Of a DNA stretch of 64,000 bases, positions 59,620 to 64,000 are shown one piece after another. The DNA lies in the NCBI GenBank assembly GCA_963693055.1, contig OY843751.1, positions 6,272,001 to 6,336,000 of the forward strand. Direction: 5' to 3'. The notes under the pieces were generated by a model. The model searched no databases. It was not told the DNA's origin and worked only from the letters and a program-made list of their open reading frames with translations. The stretch is from a bacterium (GTDB taxonomy: Bacteria > Zhuqueibacterota > Zhuqueibacteria > Residuimicrobiales > Krinioviventaceae). The number at the start of each line of letters is the position of its first letter. Position 1 is the first letter of the stretch. The position numbers and the translations under genes are program-made.

Positions 59620-60367
59620 CCGTTAATCCTTTATTTCCGTTAAAATTTCCATCTATTCCCAGGCAGTATTTCGAAATCGATTCCGGTCGTATTTTAACTT
59701 TTTGTACCAGCCTTCGCATCCATTTGGGCATAAACTCGTCAAATTTCAGTTCAAGAATACATTGGGTTTCGGTAACCGGGGCAAGTGTTTCGTTTGTATA
59801 TATTTCATTGTGAGAGGGAGCATATTTCATTCTAACATTATAGTCTATGGTTAATCTGGCCCTGTCGTCAATCTGGTCCATGAATGCATCTCTGTCATAG
59901 AGTATCAGCAGGGTTGGTTCAAGGTTTAGTGTTGTCATATTATAAACAAAACGATGTAATGATCTATATTTTCCGTTCGAGCTCTTGAAACGGTTTACAT
60001 ATTCAACCGGTGTTTTCATCAATTCATCAATGTTTGTGATGGGTATTTTGGTCCTTTCTTTGACAACACAATTGTTGTATCTGCGTTTAATCTCTAAAAA
60101 TCCTATATTGTCCGGGTGAAAATCATTATATGTTCTTACGCGTAATTTTTTCCTTACTTTGAGCCCGTCTACTTTTTCATAATAAAAGTCGAGATCGGGG
60201 GTGTCGTAATAGAGACTGCGTACCAAATAGCGGTTGTTTTCCACTTTTTCCGCATAGGGGTCAAGTTTTACAAAAGGTCCAATCAAGTTTTTAATATGAT
60301 CTGCCATTTCAACGGGAACATAATACTTGATTTCGTAACGGGATATGTGATGTTTGGAGCTTGTCAT
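59600..60367 (-). CDS. VTC-domain (polyphosphate polymerase-like, CYTH/TTM fold) protein
   Basis: RYEIKY, RSLYYDT, RKKLRVRTY, FLEIK, RLTID, ILELKF, SKYC. Confidence 0.9.
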   Translation of the reverse strand: MTSSKHHISRYEIKYYVPVEMADHIKNLIGPFVKLDPYAEKVENNRYLVRSLYYDTPDLDFYYEKVDGLKVRKKLRVRTYNDFHPDNIGFLEIKRRYNNCVVKERTKIPITNIDELMKTPVEYVNRFKSSNGKYRSLHRFVYNMTTLNLEPTLLILYDRDAFMDQIDDRARLTIDYNVRMKYAPSHNEIYTNETLAPVTETQCILELKFDEFMPKWMRRLVQKVKIRPESISKYCLGIDGNFNGNKGLTDAGSHF

Positions 60368-60388
60368 TGAATTATTCCATGTTGTGAA

Positions 60389-61480
60389 TTACATAGATAG
60401 TTTTCGTACTTTATAGTTATTCCACTGTTCAAGGAACCGTTTGTACAGAGGAACCGGTCCGAAATTGATTTTAGCGATTCCCGTAGAACCGGTTTTGATT
60501 TTGTTTTCGGGATTGGCAATACTGCATAACAAGTAGAATATGGACTGCCCATTCATAAAATGCGCCTGATTCCCGATTTCGAGTATTTGACATTCTCTTG
60601 ATTCATAATTGTTAAATGGTAAAGCGATCTTTATTTTTTGATCTGTCTTTACCCGGCCTATTAATGATTCAGAAACGGGTATTTTTACAATCAGGGTGTC
60701 GGTTTTGTTTACCTGGCATACCAGGCCGGCTTTGTTGCCGTCACTGACAATACCGGATACCGGGGAGGTGATTTGCTTTGCATGGTTTTTCATTTCAAGG
60801 ATTGAATACTGTTTTTCAAATCCTTCCAATTCGGTTTGGATATATTGAATATATTCAGGCTTTTCACCTGATTGGGTGGCTTTGAGTTTTGCCGTTTGTA
60901 ATTCTACATTTATCTGTAAAAGTTTGAAAGTGGCTTCTGCCAGTTCAAGTTCTTCAATGCTGACCAGGTTGGAATTGTACATTTCTTTTTTTCGCTCAAG
61001 CTGGGGCTTGTACGCTTTAATCTGGGCTTTTGCGTATTCAAGAGCTTGCTCTGCCTCTTGCTGCAACTCAATTTTTTCACCAACTTTTAACATTTGTAAT
61101 TCAGCGCGGGTTTGTTCAAGCTCGGCTTTAATTGATTCAATGCGATATTCGTCTTCTTTTGAATGTATTTGAGCAATTACTTGTCCTGCACGGATGGGGG
61201 TACCAAATGTTATGTCGGGTAAAAGTTTAAAATGTACCAGGTCTGGTCTGCTAAAGTGAAAGCATGAAAATTGGTCAACCAGATTTTTATCATTTCTTGT
61301 TAATTCCATATATAATTTTTCAGGATCATCCATATGAACCGACCACTCTGCCTGCGCTAAAAAAAGACAGGGGAAAATATGGGTTTTATTTGTTTTTATA
61401 AATGCTGACATGATGATTAAAAATATGACGACCAGCGATATCAGATACAAGATTGTTTTGTTTTTCAATTTTATCACCAT
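60389..61480 (-). CDS. HlyD/membrane-fusion (periplasmic adaptor) family protein
   Basis: N-terminal TM, lipoyl-like halves (IRAGQVIAQI; ITSPVSGIV), long coiled coil, IKTGSTG. Confidence 0.8.
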   Translation of the reverse strand: MVIKLKNKTILYLISLVVIFLIIMSAFIKTNKTHIFPCLFLAQAEWSVHMDDPEKLYMELTRNDKNLVDQFSCFHFSRPDLVHFKLLPDITFGTPIRAGQVIAQIHSKEDEYRIESIKAELEQTRAELQMLKVGEKIELQQEAEQALEYAKAQIKAYKPQLERKKEMYNSNLVSIEELELAEATFKLLQINVELQTAKLKATQSGEKPEYIQYIQTELEGFEKQYSILEMKNHAKQITSPVSGIVSDGNKAGLVCQVNKTDTLIVKIPVSESLIGRVKTDQKIKIALPFNNYESRECQILEIGNQAHFMNGQSIFYLLCSIANPENKIKTGSTGIAKINFGPVPLYKRFLEQWNNYKVRKLSM

Positions 61481-61484
61481 TCTA

Positions 61485-62503
61485 TTATTTGAGATGTATT
61501 GCTTTAATTGTGTCTATATGCTTTTTGTCTATTTCCAGCCGGTAAAAATAAATACCGGATGGTAAAGTTGATCCATCCCATATTACTGTGTTTTCATTTT
61601 CAGATGGATAGAACGATTTTACTTTTTGTCCTAATATGTTGAAAATTGTGATTTCCGCGTTTTTCGATTTACCGGAAAACTGAATTGTTGTTTTATTGTT
61701 AAAAGGATTGGGATAGTTTTGATATAATACTGGAATGCTTTACCGGGATTGTCAAAAAGAAAACAATGGTCCAAAGCTGCGTCAGATTCATTGAACATTA
61801 AAACCGGTTGACTGTGAGAGTGCCCAAATTCTTTTTCCTGGTCAGCGCCTCCGTTATTGAAAATACAAAAAGACAGATTTGCAGTGGTATTGATATATTC
61901 TATTCCTCCCCAGGCAATATTCGTTTCATATGCATTAAAATATACAGGTTTGTCTTTTGAGCCTTCAATTAACAGTTTCCCATAAACCAGTAGATTAACC
62001 GTGTTATTCAAAAGTACAATTGTGCCTTCCTGAATTATCTATTCATCACTTGCCTGAATAGTGAGGTCGCTGTCAACGATATAACAGGTATCGCTTTTCC
62101 ACTCTGTAAATCCGTTCAGTTGACCACTGACATGCTTTTCAGGGAGTGTGATAAAATTTATGGTTTTTCTTTCTGTAATATTTTCAATTTCGAATATAAA
62201 TGTATTTTGCATTCCCGTTTCAATGATTGCGCACCCGGTCCCTTTTTTTAGGAAAAAGTCTTTACTGCTGGTTTGTTTGTTAAATGCCAGGGCATAGCTT
62301 TGTTTGGTATTGTTGCCAAAAAACAGGTTGTTCTTTTTGGGGAGGACAATAACAGGTAAAGGGCAGTTTTGACAAATCTGGTGCAATGTTATGAATTCAT
62401 ATTCAGAGACAAAGTATGTATTGGGATCGATGGAATTATCTCTTGAACAATTGGCCAGAACCAGAAGGGACAAAAATAATATATTATATAGCTTGTTCAT
62501 CAT
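61485..62503 (-). pseudogene. Disrupted secreted beta-helix lipoprotein gene joined out of frame to a CTD-coding tail
   Basis: In-frame TAG at 62039-62041 (SDE*IIQEGTIV). After GKAF (about 61730) a different frame encodes VLYQNYPNPFNNKTTI...WDGSTLPSGIYFYRL...AIHLK* ending at 61485. Confidence 0.8.
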
Positions 62504-63999
62504 TTAAACAGTACTGCCTTTTTAGTATCTACTATATTGTTATTTACAACCAATTGATAAAAATATACACCTGAACTTTGATTGATGGTGTTCCAGGTAA
62601 CCATAAAAGTATTTGTTGGTGGTGTGAGTGATTCAACAAGCTGTCCGGTTATGTTGTATATTTTTATTTCAACTTTTTGATTTAATTTTGTAATAAAGCT
62701 GATATGGGTTTTTTCGTTAAAAGGATTTGGGAAATTTTGTCGCAGGTACGAATTATTTGCAGGCTGCGCCGTTGTATCGATTTTACTGTACCTGCTGTTA
62801 AAAGCACACGGACTACCAAAATTTTCAGAAGCTGCCCAATGTTGTGCTACATTATTGTCAAGTAATGGGTTGATTAATTCAAGGGTTGCACCACTGCCAT
62901 CCGGACTTTCGGGCCAGGGTGCGTGATCGTCAAACGCCACAGAATCTATGGTGTTGTGTAACGCATCATAGAGGATAAGTTGTTCTCCGGAAGCACTTAG
63001 TTTGAAATCCATTTCACCGATGATTTTTTCTACATTTGGAAAACCCGATTCAAAGTCATCCATGTCTGAACAGATAATCATAAAATCGTTGGGAAGGATA
63101 GTAGTGTTTGCAGGAAAACGGTACATGTTTTCCGAATTTCCATCGGAAATTGACCAGTAAGAGATATCCGTAACAGTATTGTTGGGGTTGTACAATTCAA
63201 GCCAGTCACCAACATCAAACGCTTCTGCCGAGTTGTAATTGATTTCATTGATTACAATGGTTGCGAACTCACTATTAATGGGTTCATAATGAGTACAAAG
63301 CTTTGATGTGATTTTTGTTTGAGCTGGAGAAAATAAAGCAATTGAGTCATCTATGGCTATGTCAAACAATGCATTACCGATTGTTTTTTCTTTGGTTATG
63401 GTTGCCATTGAAAGTTCGGTGTCTGATGAAATATAAAGACTTTTTTTAGCCTGAACTATTGTGCCTTGCGGAATGAGAAATTGGTTCCAATATTCTCCGG
63501 ATTGAAGCGTGCAGTATGAAAGATCAATATCTTTATCAGAGTTGTTGTGCAGTTGAACCGTATAGTCATTATCTATTTTATAAATACTACCGAGTTGAAT
63601 GTTTTGTTTTATATTCATTTCTTCATCAAACAGACGAATTGCATGAGAGTGGGAACTGTTGAATTTTATATAAAAGTGTCCGTTTGCCGGGTAATCATAA
63701 TTTTCAATTGAGAAATAATACGGCAAGAGCTGTGGAGAAAAATTTTTAAATTCAACCTGACAGCCATACAAGAGATCACCAGCTAAGCTGTCATTATGAT
63801 TGCCATCATCATACATGGGAAATGTTTTTAAATAAAATCCGGACGTGCCTGCCCAATCCATATCTTTAATGATATTCAATTTTATATTCTGGGGTTGAGA
63901 GGATTTGACCTGAAATGTGACTGTGGAATCGGGAGTGGGAAATGGATTGGAACAATAAAAGTTTGCAACTTGTGGTCTGTTAAATGTAGTTTTGGTTTT
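62500..63999 (-). CDS. Secreted lamin-tail-domain protein with T9SS-like CTD, 5'-truncated by window edge
   Basis: Frame open to the window end; MYDDGNHND; IVINEINY..DWLELYN..SYWSISD..LSASGE (lamin tail domain); QNFPNPFN..SSGVYFY..KKAVLFK. Confidence 0.8.
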   Translation of the reverse strand, partial: KTKTTFNRPQVANFYCSNPFPTPDSTVTFQVKSSQPQNIKLNIIKDMDWAGTSGFYLKTFPMYDDGNHNDSLAGDLLYGCQVEFKNFSPQLLPYYFSIENYDYPANGHFYIKFNSSHSHAIRLFDEEMNIKQNIQLGSIYKIDNDYTVQLHNNSDKDIDLSYCTLQSGEYWNQFLIPQGTIVQAKKSLYISSDTELSMATITKEKTIGNALFDIAIDDSIALFSPAQTKITSKLCTHYEPINSEFATIVINEINYNSAEAFDVGDWLELYNPNNTVTDISYWSISDGNSENMYRFPANTTILPNDFMIICSDMDDFESGFPNVEKIIGEMDFKLSASGEQLILYDALHNTIDSVAFDDHAPWPESPDGSGATLELINPLLDNNVAQHWAASENFGSPCAFNSRYSKIDTTAQPANNSYLRQNFPNPFNEKTHISFITKLNQKVEIKIYNITGQLVESLTPPTNTFMVTWNTINQSSGVYFYQLVVNNNIVDTKKAVLFK

Positions 64000-64000
64000 C

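Noticed and set aside
62039-62041. Pyrrolysine or recoded TAG
   Set aside because: Other genes here end normally at TAG (e.g. 6481, 14440, 27283), no pyl genes are in the window, and the same gene carries a second lesion.
1-64000. tRNA, rRNA, transposase, integrase or CRISPR array
   Set aside because: None recognised by eye; tRNAscan-SE, Infernal and ISEScan runs would be needed to exclude them formally.

Overview
Bacterial chromosomal window, probably from an FCB-superphylum lineage outside Bacteroidota such as KSB1 or Calditrichota. This is inferred from PorV-like genes, FlgD-like 'YPNPF' C-terminal sorting domains (CTDs) and a short RpoD-like sigma factor alongside TTGACA/TATAAT-type promoters. 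Bases 1-9129 are the end of a Wzx/Wzy-type surface-polysaccharide cluster (very AT-rich up to about 7.7 kb) that includes a D-glucuronyl C5-epimerase homologue. Housekeeping genes follow: serS, pyrF, pyrE, rsgA, a sigma factor, trkAH, ltaE, trpS and rocD. The window also holds an EndoQ(PHP)-UvrD fusion with clamp-binding-like motifs, a PdxJ homologue that has lost most of its catalytic residues, a type IX secretion (T9SS)-like lipoprotein/cargo/2xPorV operon behind a candidate structured RNA, GH57, an S41 protease, exbB followed by two exbD-exbD-tonB cassettes, a 1474-aa GEVED-repeat secreted protein, an orphan multi-PAS kinase, dsbD and an amidase. At the right end is an operon encoding a VTC-domain (polyphosphate polymerase-like) protein, DUF4956, a HlyD adaptor and CTD-bearing secreted proteins, partly pseudogenised. 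The strongest novelty candidates are the VTC/DUF4956/HlyD/secreted-protein operon, a lipoprotein that is a circularly permuted CTD, and the PdxJ pseudoenzyme. No rRNA, tRNA, CRISPR array or IS element was recognised by eye. All family calls come from recalled motifs, not database searches.
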